Shown: positions 26,096 through 35,891, numbered from the stretch's first letter. The stretch is DNA of 64,000 nucleotides from Dehalococcoidia bacterium (GCA_030612025.1 JAUWOR010000009.1:29482-93481); one strand, 5' to 3'. The notes: generated by a model from the letters alone, not told the origin. Numbers and translations are program-made.

Positions 26096-27970
26096 ATGTC
26101 AGCACAGAGATTGGAAATGTCATTCAGCCACTCCACCTGTCATTCTGAGCCCTTCGCCTCTCGTCATTCTGAGGGAGCAAAGCGACCGAAGAATCTTGCT
26201 CAGGGCAAACTCCGTGAAGGCGAAGAATCTCACACCGCTCAGGACAGGCTCCGTGAAGAATCTAGACCCTTTGCTATCGCTCAGGGTGACAGACTAAAGA
26301 ATAAAAAGTTAAGGATAATTCCTTTAGGTGGACTGGGTGAGGTTGGTAAGAACATGATGGTCCTGGAATATGCCGATGACATTGTGGTTATTGATGCCGG
26401 GCTCATGTTTCCTAGCGAAGAAATGCTAGGGGTTGACTTACTTATTCCAGATATCAACTATGTTCTCCAAAGAAAGCAAAATCTAAGAGGCATTATCATT
26501 ACTCATGGGCATGAGGACCATATTGGCGCCTTGCCTTACGTTCTGCCTCAGCTTAACCCTCCTATTTATGCCACCAAGCTCGCCGGGAGGTTGATTTCTA
26601 CTGAGCTTAAACAGCGTGGAGTGAAAGGTAGGGCAAAGATAAATGTAGTTCACGCTGGTAGTAGGATTACATTAGGCAATTTTACCGTAGAGTTTTTTCC
26701 TGTCTGCCATAGCATTCCTGATTCTATGGGGCTGATCATTCATACCCCGGTAGGCATGGTAGTTCATAGTGGTGATTTTAAGCTTGATTATACCCCTGTG
26801 ATTGGTGAGACGACTGACCTCAACCAATTAGCTTGGCTGGGAAGAAAAGGGGTTTTACTTCTCCTTTCCGACTCCACTTATGTTGAGCTTTCTGGATATA
26901 CCCCTTCTGAGAGGGTGGTCAGTGATGCGCTGGACCATATTATGATGGAAGCTTCAGGAAGGGTAATTGTAACTACATTCTCCTCCCTTATCTCTCGCAT
27001 TCAGCAGGTGATTGATGTCGCTGCCAAGCGCGGTCGTCGCGTATTTATCACTGGTCGCAGCATGGAGGAGATAGTAAAGGTGGCAGCGGAAATGGGTTAT
27101 CTTGTTATCCCTCCGGACGTCCTTTGCCGTTCTGATGAACTTAAACATTTGCCTCATAATCGGGTAGTCATTTTGACTACCGGAAGTCAAGGTGAGCCTA
27201 CCTCTGCCCTGGTACGTATGGCTAATCGAGACCATCGTCAAGTCCAAATCGTCCCTGGCGACACAGTGGTAATGTCAGCCACCCCTGTTCCTGGGAATGA
27301 GGCACTAGTTAACAAGACTATAGACAGCCTCTTTCGGCAAGGCGCTAATGTGATTTATGAGAAATTGTCTCAAGTTCACGTTCATGGACATGGCAGCCAA
27401 GAGGAGTTAAAGCTTTTATTTAATTTGGTTAAACCTAAGTTCTTCGTACCTATTCACGGTGAGTATCGCCATTTGAGCTTGCATGCCAGGTTGGTCCGGA
27501 GCTTGGGTATGCCAGAAGATAATACTTTCGTTCTCGAGGATGGAGATATACTTGAGCTAGGGCAGGAGACTGGGAAAATCGTGGGTAAAGTTCCCATAGG
27601 TAATGTCTATGTGAATGGTTTGGTAACCGGTGAGCTGGATAGTACTATGCTTCGTGACCGCAAATTGCTTTCGCGAGATGGCATTGTGGTGGTAACCCTT
27701 GCTATCGATGCCCAAAGGGGCAAATTAGTGGGAAGGCCCTGTATTATAACACGGGGTTTTGTTGATGCTGGAGAGAGCCAGACATTAATAGAGAAGAGCC
27801 AAGATGTGGTGATAGCTGCTCTGAATCATGATAAAAAGCACTCATTTGGGCCAGGAAGGTTATCACAAGTGAGCAATCTTGAGGCCAAAGTAAGGAATTC
27901 TTTGACCAAATTTCTTTATGAGCAGACTCATCGCCGTCCCATTATTATCCCTATAATTATGGAGGTATAG
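26096..27970 (+). CDS. rnj: ribonuclease J with repeat-encoded N-terminal insertion
   Basis: IIPLGGLGEVGKNM, THGHEDHIG, HVHGHGSQEE, PIHGEYRH. Confidence 0.95.
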   Translation: MSAQRLEMSFSHSTCHSEPFASRHSEGAKRPKNLAQGKLREGEESHTAQDRLREESRPFAIAQGDRLKNKKLRIIPLGGLGEVGKNMMVLEYADDIVVIDAGLMFPSEEMLGVDLLIPDINYVLQRKQNLRGIIITHGHEDHIGALPYVLPQLNPPIYATKLAGRLISTELKQRGVKGRAKINVVHAGSRITLGNFTVEFFPVCHSIPDSMGLIIHTPVGMVVHSGDFKLDYTPVIGETTDLNQLAWLGRKGVLLLLSDSTYVELSGYTPSERVVSDALDHIMMEASGRVIVTTFSSLISRIQQVIDVAAKRGRRVFITGRSMEEIVKVAAEMGYLVIPPDVLCRSDELKHLPHNRVVILTTGSQGEPTSALVRMANRDHRQVQIVPGDTVVMSATPVPGNEALVNKTIDSLFRQGANVIYEKLSQVHVHGHGSQEELKLLFNLVKPKFFVPIHGEYRHLSLHARLVRSLGMPEDNTFVLEDGDILELGQETGKIVGKVPIGNVYVNGLVTGELDSTMLRDRKLLSRDGIVVVTLAIDAQRGKLVGRPCIITRGFVDAGESQTLIEKSQDVVIAALNHDKKHSFGPGRLSQVSNLEAKVRNSLTKFLYEQTHRRPIIIPIIMEV

Positions 27971-27974
27971 CTCT

Positions 27975-30104
27975 GTGGCTAGGACAAAACAGAGGAGCAC
28001 ATTCAGGCCAAAGCGGAAGAGAGTCAAAAGCCGGCCGGAGAGGAATGGGTTTCTCAGTTTTATCGCTTCCCCGGTGGCGAGAAGGCTCACATTAGTTGTT
28101 GTCATAGTAGGATTGCTGTATTGGTTTAGACCTAGTTTGATTGCCTGGGGCGCTAGTATATTTACCTTGTTTGGTTTTGGCTTAATTGTAATAGCTATTG
28201 CCCTGGGCGTGATAATCTGGGTGATATGGGGGGGGCACTTCTCTGCTTCAGTAAGGAAGTGGAATTGGTTTGTGGGAGGGGCTCTCGTAGCTTTGGCTAT
28301 TTGGGGAGCGATTTCTTTTTCCTCCCCTACATTGGGGGGCAGAATTGGGCGGAGGATAATAGGGACCACCGATGTTGTAGGAGGTCTCCGGCTAGCTGGG
28401 CTTGTTCTTCTGGGTATCATTTTTATAGCTCCGCGCAAGTTCTGGGGTGGGCTAACGAATGCTTTTAGAAGTAGTTGGCGGTTTCTTACCAAGGTTTCTC
28501 AACCGCGTCCTAAAGTCGCTGCCCCTCAAGTTCCTCACCAGTTAGAGGGTGGGGAAGGGCGAGTATCCCTTACCCCTCCTAAAGTTGTCTCTCCTGAGAC
28601 AGCGGTAAAGCCTGTCCCAATTCCTGAAGTAGTGCCAGAGATGAGAAGACATGAGCCAATTCTCACCCCCAGTGGTTGGCAGCTTCCGCCTATTGATATC
28701 TTAGATAAACCAACTGAGGTGGAGCTGAACATAGAGGATATTAACAAAAGGGCTCGGCTGATTGAGGAAGCTTTAACCAGCTATGGTGTAGAAGCTAAAG
28801 TGGTGCAAATAAACATGGGTCCCACTGTAACGCAGTTTGGCGTTGAGCCTGGCTGGGACAGGAAATATAAGGAAATCAGAGAGAAAGGCCAAACGAGGTT
28901 GGAAGAAGTATCAAGGACCAGGGTCAGGGTAGAGCGCATTACTTCTTTGTCCAATGATTTAGCTTTAGCCTTAGCTGCCCCAAGCATCAGAATTGAAGCT
29001 CCTGTGCCGGGGAAATCAATGGTGGGCATTGAGGTTCCTAACATAGTGTTCGGCTCAGTTGCCCTTCGCAGCGTGATAGAGACTACCGCTTTTCAGAGGA
29101 TTAAAGCTAGGTCGAAGATAGCTACAGCTTTAGGTAAGGGTGCTGGAGGTGAAGCTATAGCGGCGGACCTGGCCAGGATGCCTCACCTGCTCATTGCTGG
29201 GGCTACTGGCAGCGGCAAAACTGTTTGTCTTGATTCTATCATTTGCTGCTTACTTCTGCATAATAGCCCTGACGATGTCCGGTTCATTATGGTTGACCCT
29301 AAAAGGGTGGAGCTGGTGGCCTTTAATGGATTGCCTCATTTAGCTGCCCCTGTGGTTGTGGATAGTGATAAAGCCATCAAAGCGCTGAGGTGGCTTAATT
29401 TAGAGATGGATAATAGATATCGCCAATTTGCCCAAGCGGGAGTGCGCAACATCGAAGGTTACAACAAAGACCGCTCACCCGGAGAGGGATTACCATACTT
29501 GGTGCTGATCATTGATGAACTAGCTGATTTGATGATGACGGCCTTTGATGAAGTAGAGCATACCCTTTGTCGCTTAGCTCAATTGGCTCGAGCCACCGGC
29601 ATTCATCTTGTTGTGGCTACTCAACGCCCTTCAGTGGATGTAGTTACCGGGCTTATTAAAGCTAATTTCCCTACTCGTGTCAGCTTCGCAGTTACCTCTC
29701 AGGTAGATTCGCGTACTATCCTTGACGTGGTTGGTGCTGAGAAATTGCTGGGCAGGGGTGATATGCTTTACATGCCGAGTGAAGCGGGTAGGCCTAAGCG
29801 TCTCCAGGGAAGCTATATTTCCGATGTTGAAATCGAGAGGTTAGTATATTTCTGGGGGAACCAGCGTGAGGTGAAGGTGAGTTCGGTTAACTTTGATGAG
29901 GTGGCTGAGCTTGTCACCTTAAGTCAAAGGTTAGCTTCTGCCCCCGACCCTCTTTTAGGGGAGGCGAAGCGTTTAGCGCAGGAGCACAAGCATGTATCTA
30001 CCTCTTTCTTGCAACGGCGTCTTCGTGTTGGCTATCCCAGGGCAGCACGCCTTATGGAAGCGTTAGAACAGGAAGGCTTGCTTGAAATCAAATCTCAAAG
30101 ATAA
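27975..30104 (+). CDS. ftsK: FtsK/SpoIIIE DNA translocase
   Basis: N-terminal TM helices, PHLLIAGATGSGKT, IIDELADLMM, GAEKLLGRGDML, gamma domain LQRRLRVGYPRAARL. Confidence 0.95.
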   Translation: MARTKQRSTFRPKRKRVKSRPERNGFLSFIASPVARRLTLVVVIVGLLYWFRPSLIAWGASIFTLFGFGLIVIAIALGVIIWVIWGGHFSASVRKWNWFVGGALVALAIWGAISFSSPTLGGRIGRRIIGTTDVVGGLRLAGLVLLGIIFIAPRKFWGGLTNAFRSSWRFLTKVSQPRPKVAAPQVPHQLEGGEGRVSLTPPKVVSPETAVKPVPIPEVVPEMRRHEPILTPSGWQLPPIDILDKPTEVELNIEDINKRARLIEEALTSYGVEAKVVQINMGPTVTQFGVEPGWDRKYKEIREKGQTRLEEVSRTRVRVERITSLSNDLALALAAPSIRIEAPVPGKSMVGIEVPNIVFGSVALRSVIETTAFQRIKARSKIATALGKGAGGEAIAADLARMPHLLIAGATGSGKTVCLDSIICCLLLHNSPDDVRFIMVDPKRVELVAFNGLPHLAAPVVVDSDKAIKALRWLNLEMDNRYRQFAQAGVRNIEGYNKDRSPGEGLPYLVLIIDELADLMMTAFDEVEHTLCRLAQLARATGIHLVVATQRPSVDVVTGLIKANFPTRVSFAVTSQVDSRTILDVVGAEKLLGRGDMLYMPSEAGRPKRLQGSYISDVEIERLVYFWGNQREVKVSSVNFDEVAELVTLSQRLASAPDPLLGEAKRLAQEHKHVSTSFLQRRLRVGYPRAARLMEALEQEGLLEIKSQR

Positions 30105-30193
30105 AAAATCAAAATTACAGGTCAAAACTTAAAAACTTTTGATTTTTGCTTTGCATCTTTGCCTTTTGCATTTTAATCTTTTATTTAGCTTTG

Positions 30194-31411
30194 CTAGGCA
30201 CCAAACTTATCCAGTTTCAAGGCGTTAGCCATAGCCAGGGGCAGGATATCCACGGCGGGAAAACGACCCATGCCGCCGGCAAGGCAAGCTCGTTCTGAGA
30301 ACTCACTTACATCGTCAGGACGACACCATCTTGACCTCAGCATGAAGGGAACCGAGTGCCAGCTATGCATGGCTAAAGTTGCTGGAGTGGAATGGTCTCC
30401 AGTGACAATCAGGACATCTGGGTTCTGTTTGAGCAGGTTAGGAAGAGCGGCATCAACTTCCTCAACGGCGCGAACTTTAGCCTCGAAGTCGCCATCCTCC
30501 CCTCTAGAATCAGTTGCCTTAAAGTGGATAAAGAAGAAATCGTAGTCCTGGTAATGATAATGCAAGCTTTCTAACTGGTCTGTTATACTGCCACCTGCTG
30601 GCAATATCTGCATTCCCACCAGCCTGGCCAAACCACGATACATGGGATATACGGCGATAGCAGCTGGCTTTAGCTTATAGATTTCAGGTATAGTGGGGAT
30701 GTCTGGACGCTGGGAAAAGCCGCGCATAAGCACCATGTTGGCAAGAGTTTCATTCTTTAAGCAGGCTCTTGCCTGTGAGACAAACTCGTTGGCGATTTCT
30801 GCTGTTCTCTGTGCTTGTGGTACTAGAGCCTCTACCTTTTTGGGAACCAAGCCTACTTGCTGAGGGTCAGAATCCGTTAGCTCCCATGATAAACCTCCGC
30901 CTCTAAGAATGAGCACAAATCTGTGTTCCTTCACTGGCGTAACCAGGATTTCGGCTCCATCAATGGCAATTTTATTAAGTAGCTGACATAACTCAGCATT
31001 CTTTTCTGTGGTGATTCGCCCTGCCCTCCTGTCAGTGATAATTCCTCTGCTATCAATAGTGCAAAAGTTGCCCCGAGCGGCGATATCCCCTGGCTTTAGC
31101 TCCAAGTCTATTCCCAGAGCCTCAATGATTCCCCGCCCGATATTGTATTTGATAGGGTCATAACCAAAGATTGCTAGATGTCCCGGCGCACTCCCAGGTG
31201 TAATTCCTGGGCTTACCGGGTCAATAAGGCCACAAATTGACTCCTTGGCTATCTGGTCTAGATTTGGTTTTTTGGCTGACTCCAGCTCAGTCTTGCCAGT
31301 TTTGGAATGAGGCAATCCACCTACGCCATCAATTATTAGAAGCACTATCTTAGATGGAGAAGTGTGGGAGAGTTTCTTCAGGTGCTCAAATCCAATCATT
31401 GTATTGGCCAT
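30194..31411 (-). CDS. apgM: cofactor-independent phosphoglycerate mutase, archaeal ApgM type
   Basis: IIDGVGG, TPGSAPGHLAIFGYDP, TGDHSTP, HSWH. Confidence 0.94.
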   Translation of the reverse strand: MANTMIGFEHLKKLSHTSPSKIVLLIIDGVGGLPHSKTGKTELESAKKPNLDQIAKESICGLIDPVSPGITPGSAPGHLAIFGYDPIKYNIGRGIIEALGIDLELKPGDIAARGNFCTIDSRGIITDRRAGRITTEKNAELCQLLNKIAIDGAEILVTPVKEHRFVLILRGGGLSWELTDSDPQQVGLVPKKVEALVPQAQRTAEIANEFVSQARACLKNETLANMVLMRGFSQRPDIPTIPEIYKLKPAAIAVYPMYRGLARLVGMQILPAGGSITDQLESLHYHYQDYDFFFIHFKATDSRGEDGDFEAKVRAVEEVDAALPNLLKQNPDVLIVTGDHSTPATLAMHSWHSVPFMLRSRWCRPDDVSEFSERACLAGGMGRFPAVDILPLAMANALKLDKFGA

Positions 31412-31501
31412 TTTATCCCTTGAGTTCGCTGTGTGGAGGGAAGAGGCAGCGGAGATTCTTCGCTTTGCTCAGAATGACAAAGAGGTAAAGCTTGCCGCTG
31501 T

Positions 31502-31753
31502 TCATTTGTAGGCATTTCCCCTTGCGGATATCCTGAATACCAGTATAGTTTTATCAAATTTTCTTAGTAGCACCCTGTACTTACCTACCCTAACCCGATA
31601 AATGTACTTTTCACCCTCTATAGGCTTCAAATCCAGTCCTAATCCTTCAGACAATTTATAAAGAGCGATATCAACCAAGCCCTTATATCCCCCAGGTAGC
31701 TTCTTATATTGTTTGGCTGCCTCCTTAGAAAACTTTATTTCAAATCTTCCCAA
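31502..31753 (-). CDS. relE: RelE/ParE family toxin
   Basis: IKFSKEAAKQYKKL..LKPIEG..YRVRVGKYRVL..ISARGNAYK. Confidence 0.88.
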   Translation of the reverse strand: MGRFEIKFSKEAAKQYKKLPGGYKGLVDIALYKLSEGLGLDLKPIEGEKYIYRVRVGKYRVLLRKFDKTILVFRISARGNAYK

Positions 31754-31938
31754 CTGGTAACCTGGCCTTTCTCATACTCTTTCAAAGCCTTGGTGTATGA
31801 TGCCTTTTCCTTATCAGTTAGGGGAGAAACATCGTTTTCGATTAAAGTCTTTGAGAATATGTCCACCAGAGTATCTCGAGGCAATGCCTTGAGCATCACT
31901 ATAATGCTCTTCTCAGGTATTGAGATTGTCTTTGCCAT
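31735..31938 (-). CDS. antitoxin partner of RelE
   Basis: PLTDKEKA..ALKEYEKGQVTSWEDLK; RBS AGGAGGAG; overlaps the toxin. Confidence 0.8.
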   Translation of the reverse strand: MAKTISIPEKSIIVMLKALPRDTLVDIFSKTLIENDVSPLTDKEKASYTKALKEYEKGQVTSWEDLK

Positions 31939-32048
31939 TTCTCCTCCTTTATCTATATTGCTATTATACTGCCCGCGCAATTGCTTTGTATAGCTCATAT
32001 CTATTTCTCCATATTTGTAGTATGACCCTGAGGAGGCCCACCCAAGTC

Positions 32049-32106
32049 CACCCTCACTTTAATCCTCTCCCGTCAAGGGAGAGGAAATTCGGCTCCTCGC
32101 AATGAG
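32049..32106. repeat. CCCTCACC-type palindromic element plus GTCA half
   Basis: caccctcactttaatcctctcccgtcaagggagagga; ctcctcgcaatga. Confidence 0.8.
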
Positions 32107-32240
32107 ATAAAGAACTACCAGGGCCTTTGTTCCAAGCATAAAGTGGAAGATACCCTTATACTTTGAGATGTTACCCAGCTAGCTGAATGAGATCACGCCG
32201 TTTGACAAGCCATGTTGTTGACACGTAGCATAAGGATGCA

Positions 32241-33239
32241 TTGGTAATGCCAGAAAACAAGGAACAAAAGCTTATCTTAGGGGTAGACCTTGGCGGCACT
32301 AAGATTGCTACCGCCCTTGCCACTGCCCAAGGGGAGATTCTGGTGCGAGGGCGTCGCTCTACGCCGGCTCAAGCTGGTCCTGATGCCGTGATAAAAAGCA
32401 TTTGTGCCTCTATTGACAAAATCTTATCTGCTAAAAAATTGGAGCCATCTCAGCTTTTGGGTATAGGTATTGCTGCTGCTGGCATTATAGACAGCGATAA
32501 GGGCAAGGTTGTTTCCTCTCCTAATCTTCCTGGCTGGCATGAAGTACCATTGGGAGATGCTGTTGAACAGAGATTTGGCATTCCTACCTATTTAGGCAAT
32601 GATGCCACTCTGGCTGCTTTGGGAGAGTGGTGCTTTGGACTGAAGAAGGGAATTGCTAATCTCATTTATATTACCGTGAGCACTGGCATCGGGGGAGGCA
32701 TCATTGCTGGTGGCAAGTTATATACCGGAGCTTGCGGAGTCGCTGGCGAAATTGGGCACATGACTATAGATATAAATGGACCAAAGTGCAACTGTGGCAA
32801 TATCGGCTGCTGGGAAACCCTAGCCTCAGGCACAGCTTTAGCTAGAGAAGCAGTGAAGCAAATCAGGGAAGGTGCCAAAACATCTATTATTGAGCTCGTG
32901 AATGGCGACATAAGCAAAATTGATGCCAAGGTTGTGGACCTGGCCGCCAAACAGGGAGATGAGTTGGCTAAGGAGCTAATTTCCCGTTTGGGCTATTATC
33001 TTGGGGTGGGCTTGGTTAATTTAGTCAATATTTTCAACCCCGAGCTGATATTGATAGGTGGTGGTGTTGCCAAGACGGGTGATTTATTACTTCAGCCGGC
33101 AATAAAAGTGGTTAAGGAGAGAGCCTTCAGCACACCAGCGAATGCTGTTAAAATCAAGCCAGCTTTGCTGGGGGACGATTCTGGCCTGTTAGGGGCAGCA
33201 GCCTTTGTTCTGGAGCGCTCTAAGAATTACAGGAGGTGA
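32241..33239 (+). CDS. ROK family sugar kinase (glucokinase-like)
   Basis: GVDLGGTK, GNDA, GEIGHM, CNCGNIGCWE. Confidence 0.92.
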   Translation: MVMPENKEQKLILGVDLGGTKIATALATAQGEILVRGRRSTPAQAGPDAVIKSICASIDKILSAKKLEPSQLLGIGIAAAGIIDSDKGKVVSSPNLPGWHEVPLGDAVEQRFGIPTYLGNDATLAALGEWCFGLKKGIANLIYITVSTGIGGGIIAGGKLYTGACGVAGEIGHMTIDINGPKCNCGNIGCWETLASGTALAREAVKQIREGAKTSIIELVNGDISKIDAKVVDLAAKQGDELAKELISRLGYYLGVGLVNLVNIFNPELILIGGGVAKTGDLLLQPAIKVVKERAFSTPANAVKIKPALLGDDSGLLGAAAFVLERSKNYRR

Positions 33240-33245
33240 TAATTT

Positions 33246-33401
33246 ATGTTTATTGGACATAGTAGTGCCGGGCTGATTATAGGAATAGCCAGTCTAATTT
33301 TCGGTATTGTGGTGATGATCTTTCCCAAAATCCTCAATTATCTGGTGGGCATTTATCTTATCGTGGTGGGAATAATAGCCATTGTTGCTTACCTGATTTA
33401 A
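33246..33401 (+). CDS. DUF3096-like small membrane protein (51 aa, not in the ORF track)
   Basis: SLIFGIVVMIFPKILNYLVGIYLIVVG; RBS AGGAGG. Confidence 0.8.
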   Translation: MFIGHSSAGLIIGIASLIFGIVVMIFPKILNYLVGIYLIVVGIIAIVAYLI

Positions 33402-33433
33402 CCCAAAAGTATAGAGGCTATTTAGCAATCGGT

Positions 33434-33570
33434 CTGTCATTCTAAGCGAGTGAGCCGAAGCCTTGAACGAAGTGAAGGGGAAGAATCTCACCGCGCAGGA
33501 TATGCTCCGCGAAGAACCCTTCGTCATGATCAGGGCGGCGTCTGGAGGTCCTTCGCTAGCGCCCGGGGTG
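33434..33570. repeat. GTCA-type nested repeat cluster
   Basis: tgtcattctaagcga..gaacgaagtgaaggggaagaatctc; gaagaacccttcgtcatgatcagggcggcgtct is a near reverse complement of ~62958-62989. Confidence 0.75.
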
Positions 33571-33619
33571 CCAGTTAAACGAGCCAAAAGTGTAGAGATT
33601 TATTTTTTGTATGGCTTTA

Positions 33620-33695
33620 TGGTGGGCGGTAGAGGACTTGAACCTCTGACCTCCTGTGTGTAAAACAGGCGCTCTAACCACTGAGCTAACCGCCC
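33620..33695 (-). tRNA. tRNA-Val(TAC)
   Basis: GGGCGGTTAGCTCAG..CCTGT-TTTACAC-ACAGG..GGTTCAAGTCC..ACCA. Confidence 0.96.
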
Positions 33696-33714
33696 GTCCC
33701 TCGCCAGATAAAGG

Positions 33715-33791
33715 TGGCACGCCTGGCGGGATTTGAACCCGCGGCCTCAGCCTCCGCAGGGCTGCGCTCTATCCAGCTGAGCTACAGGCGC
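33715..33791 (-). tRNA. tRNA-Arg(GCG)
   Basis: GCGCCTGTAGCTCAG..CAGCC-CTGCGGA-GGCTG..GGTTCAAATCC..GCCA. Confidence 0.94.
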
Positions 33792-33851
33792 ATACACACC
33801 CCGAAAAGTCCCTCGCTTCGCTTAGTGTACTTTTCGGGGGCCCCATCCAAT

Positions 33852-33937
33852 TGGTGCCGAAGGAGGGACTTGAACCCTCACGTCCTTGCGGACACTACGC
33901 CCTGAACGTAGCGCGTCTGCCATTCCGCCACTTCGGC
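33852..33937 (-). tRNA. tRNA-Leu(CAG)
   Basis: GCCGAAGTGGCGGAATGGCAGACGC..CTACG-TTCAGGG-CGTAG, long variable arm, ACCA. Confidence 0.96.
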
Positions 33938-33939
33938 TT

Positions 33940-34323
33940 TTATTCCTCTGGCACAAATTCTCCCCTTGCCAGGGATACAAAGATCACTGCTAATATTCCC
34001 AAAATGCCCGATGGAAGGGCACAGATAGCCCCGGCTAGGGACAAGCCAAAACTTTTCCTTCTTATGGCTGAGGTGCCACCCACTATAGCCACTATGCCCA
34101 GTACAGCAACGACAATCCCTAGGATAATCACTATAGTTAGTCTTGCGCCAAAAAAATCTCCAAACTCGGGAAAGAAGGGAAAGCATGGGTGCCAAAATGG
34201 TATGCTAAGCGCCATTAAAGCGGCTATTAGCCCTCCGCCGATTACCTCAAATACCCCCACTATTATGCTTAAGATTCCTCCAGCGCTAAGTAACCCACCA
34301 CGACCATTACTATCAGATGCCAT
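33940..34323 (-). CDS. small three-TM membrane protein inside the tRNA cluster
   Basis: Gly-rich hydrophobic helices; RBS GAGGAGG; stop 2 nt before tRNA-Leu. Confidence 0.8.
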   Translation of the reverse strand: MASDSNGRGGLLSAGGILSIIVGVFEVIGGGLIAALMALSIPFWHPCFPFFPEFGDFFGARLTIVIILGIVVAVLGIVAIVGGTSAIRRKSFGLSLAGAICALPSGILGILAVIFVSLARGEFVPEE

Positions 34324-34343
34324 TTCCTTACCTCCTCATTTTA

Positions 34344-34419
34344 TGGTGGGCAGTAGAGGATTTGGACCTCTGACCTCTTGCGTGTGAAGCAAGCGCTCTC
34401 ACCACTGAGCTAACCGCCC
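34344..34419 (-). tRNA. tRNA-Val(CAC) with atypical T-loop
   Basis: GGGCGGTTAGCTCAG..CTTGC-TTCACAC-GCAAG..GGTCCAAATCC..ACCA; upstream TTTACA-17-TAAAAT. Confidence 0.9.
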
Positions 34420-34496
34420 AAATCATATTTATTTTAACCCTAAAAGCTAGCTTTGTAAACATAAAGAGTGTCAGAGTGCTTAGTAACCTTACCTTC

Positions 34497-34587
34497 CTGT
34501 CGTTCTGAGGATGCACTTCGGCTTCGCTCAGTGTAAACTCCGCGACCGAAGAATCTAGAGACCCTTCACTGCTGCTCAGGGTGACAA
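34497..34587. repeat. GTCA-type nested repeat
   Basis: tgtcgttctgagg..cttcggcttcgctcag..gcgaccgaagaatct..gagacccttcactgctgctcagggtgaca. Confidence 0.8.
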
Positions 34588-34646
34588 CTAACTGCTCTCA
34601 ATATAAGCACTTGATAACTATGGCTGATATAGCTATAGTAACAGCT

Positions 34647-35363
34647 ATGTCTTACCCTAATATTGATTCCCTTCCCCAGCATGTAGCCATTATTATGGAT
34701 GGCAATGGTAGGTGGGCAAGGCAGCATGGCTTGCCGAGGTTAGCTGGTCATTGGGAAGGGGCAACTAATGCGCACCATGTAGTGGAAATTCTTTTTGACC
34801 GTGGAATCAAATATGTCACTTTATATGTTTTCTCCACCGAGAACTGGGATCGACCTAAGGAGGAGGTAGAAGGGATTTTTCAAATTTTAATGGATAGGAT
34901 TGATGAGGAAGTCGAGTTTGCTCAAAGAAAGAAGATAAGAATTTGCCACCTGGGGAAACTCGATGGACTCCCGCCGGAGCTAAGAAATAAGATAAATCAC
35001 GCTGTGGAGTTAACCAAGAGTAATAAAGCAATGACTGTTAGTCTCGCCCTCAACTATGGAGGCCGGGATGAAATAGTAGGAGCGGTGCAACGCCTTCTGC
35101 GTGACGGCATCTCCGCTGGAAATGTAGATGAAGCTCTCTTTAGGCGATACCTTTCCACCGCGGGCATGCCTGACCCTGACCTTATTATTCGTACTGGTGG
35201 TGAAATGAGACTGAGCAATTTCCTATTATGGCAGGCAGCCTATGCTGAGTTCTATTCCACCCCGGTCTTGTGGCCTGATTTTAACTGTGATGAGATTGAT
35301 AAAGCTTTTATCGCTTACAGGGAGCGCCGACGTCGCTTTGGCTCTGTGACACCATCTGATTAA
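34647..35363 (+). CDS. uppS: polyprenyl diphosphate synthase
   Basis: HVAIIMDGNGRWA, FSTENW, LNYGGRDE, IRTGGEMRLSNFLLWQ; ATG at 34647 follows TATAGT. Confidence 0.96.
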   Translation: MSYPNIDSLPQHVAIIMDGNGRWARQHGLPRLAGHWEGATNAHHVVEILFDRGIKYVTLYVFSTENWDRPKEEVEGIFQILMDRIDEEVEFAQRKKIRICHLGKLDGLPPELRNKINHAVELTKSNKAMTVSLALNYGGRDEIVGAVQRLLRDGISAGNVDEALFRRYLSTAGMPDPDLIIRTGGEMRLSNFLLWQAAYAEFYSTPVLWPDFNCDEIDKAFIAYRERRRRFGSVTPSD

Positions 35364-35416
35364 AGAAATTGATTTACCTTTTATCACCAAAAGCTGTTAA
35401 AATCACTCTTGTGGGT

Positions 35417-35517
35417 GTTTTAAAATGTAGTTGCCCAATTTATTGGGCGACTGTGCCTGATAAATCAGGCAACTACAAAAATTTGGGGGTGAAATACCTC
35501 TGAGATGGCTGAAATTG
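35417..35517. repeat. GTAG REP doublet element (inverted copy of 10780-10880)
   Basis: gttttaaaatgtagttgcccaatttattgggc..tgcctgataaatcaggcaactacaaaaatttgggggtgaaa. Confidence 0.9.
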
Positions 35518-35569
35518 AACGGGGAATCAAAATTAAACAGCCTGGAATTCTTATAAAGGAGGTGGAAAG

Positions 35570-35890
35570 ATGGGTGACATTCTAGATGAAGCCACAGCAC
35601 TCATCAGGTGTAAGGAATGTTCCTGGTATAAGAACTGTGTAACCCCAATGCAGGTTAGTGCCGAGGACATTGCCCAGTTTAGATTGATGATGCAGGGGGC
35701 GAGCCTTCCTGAACAGGCTAAAGGCGAGATGGAGAATTTTTTAGAAAACATAGCTTCTGCCAGTCAGAATATGATTTTGCAGAGTTGCCCTGTATTTACG
35801 CAGCGTCTTAAGGACAATCCTGGGCTGGCCCAGCGAATCAAAGAGATGATGCAAAGCTGGGGAAAGGGAGAAGAGGAATCTAGCAAGTAG
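35570..35890 (+). CDS. hypothetical Cys-motif protein
   Basis: [13 protein letters not shown]; RBS AAGGAGG. Confidence 0.75.
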   Translation: MGDILDEATALIRCKECSWYKNCVTPMQVSAEDIAQFRLMMQGASLPEQAKGEMENFLENIASASQNMILQSCPVFTQRLKDNPGLAQRIKEMMQSWGKGEEESSK

Positions 35891-35891
35891 T

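Noticed and set aside
27863-28492. 209-aa minus-strand ORF
   Set aside because: Antisense to the ftsK membrane domain; no motif.
33851-34387. 178-aa plus-strand ORF and other ORFs over 33463-34516
   Set aside because: Overlap tRNA genes; typical spurious tRNA translations.
34581-34646. N-terminal extension of UppS
   Set aside because: The GTG lies in a repeat upstream of the likely -10 box; ATG 34647 fits homologue length.
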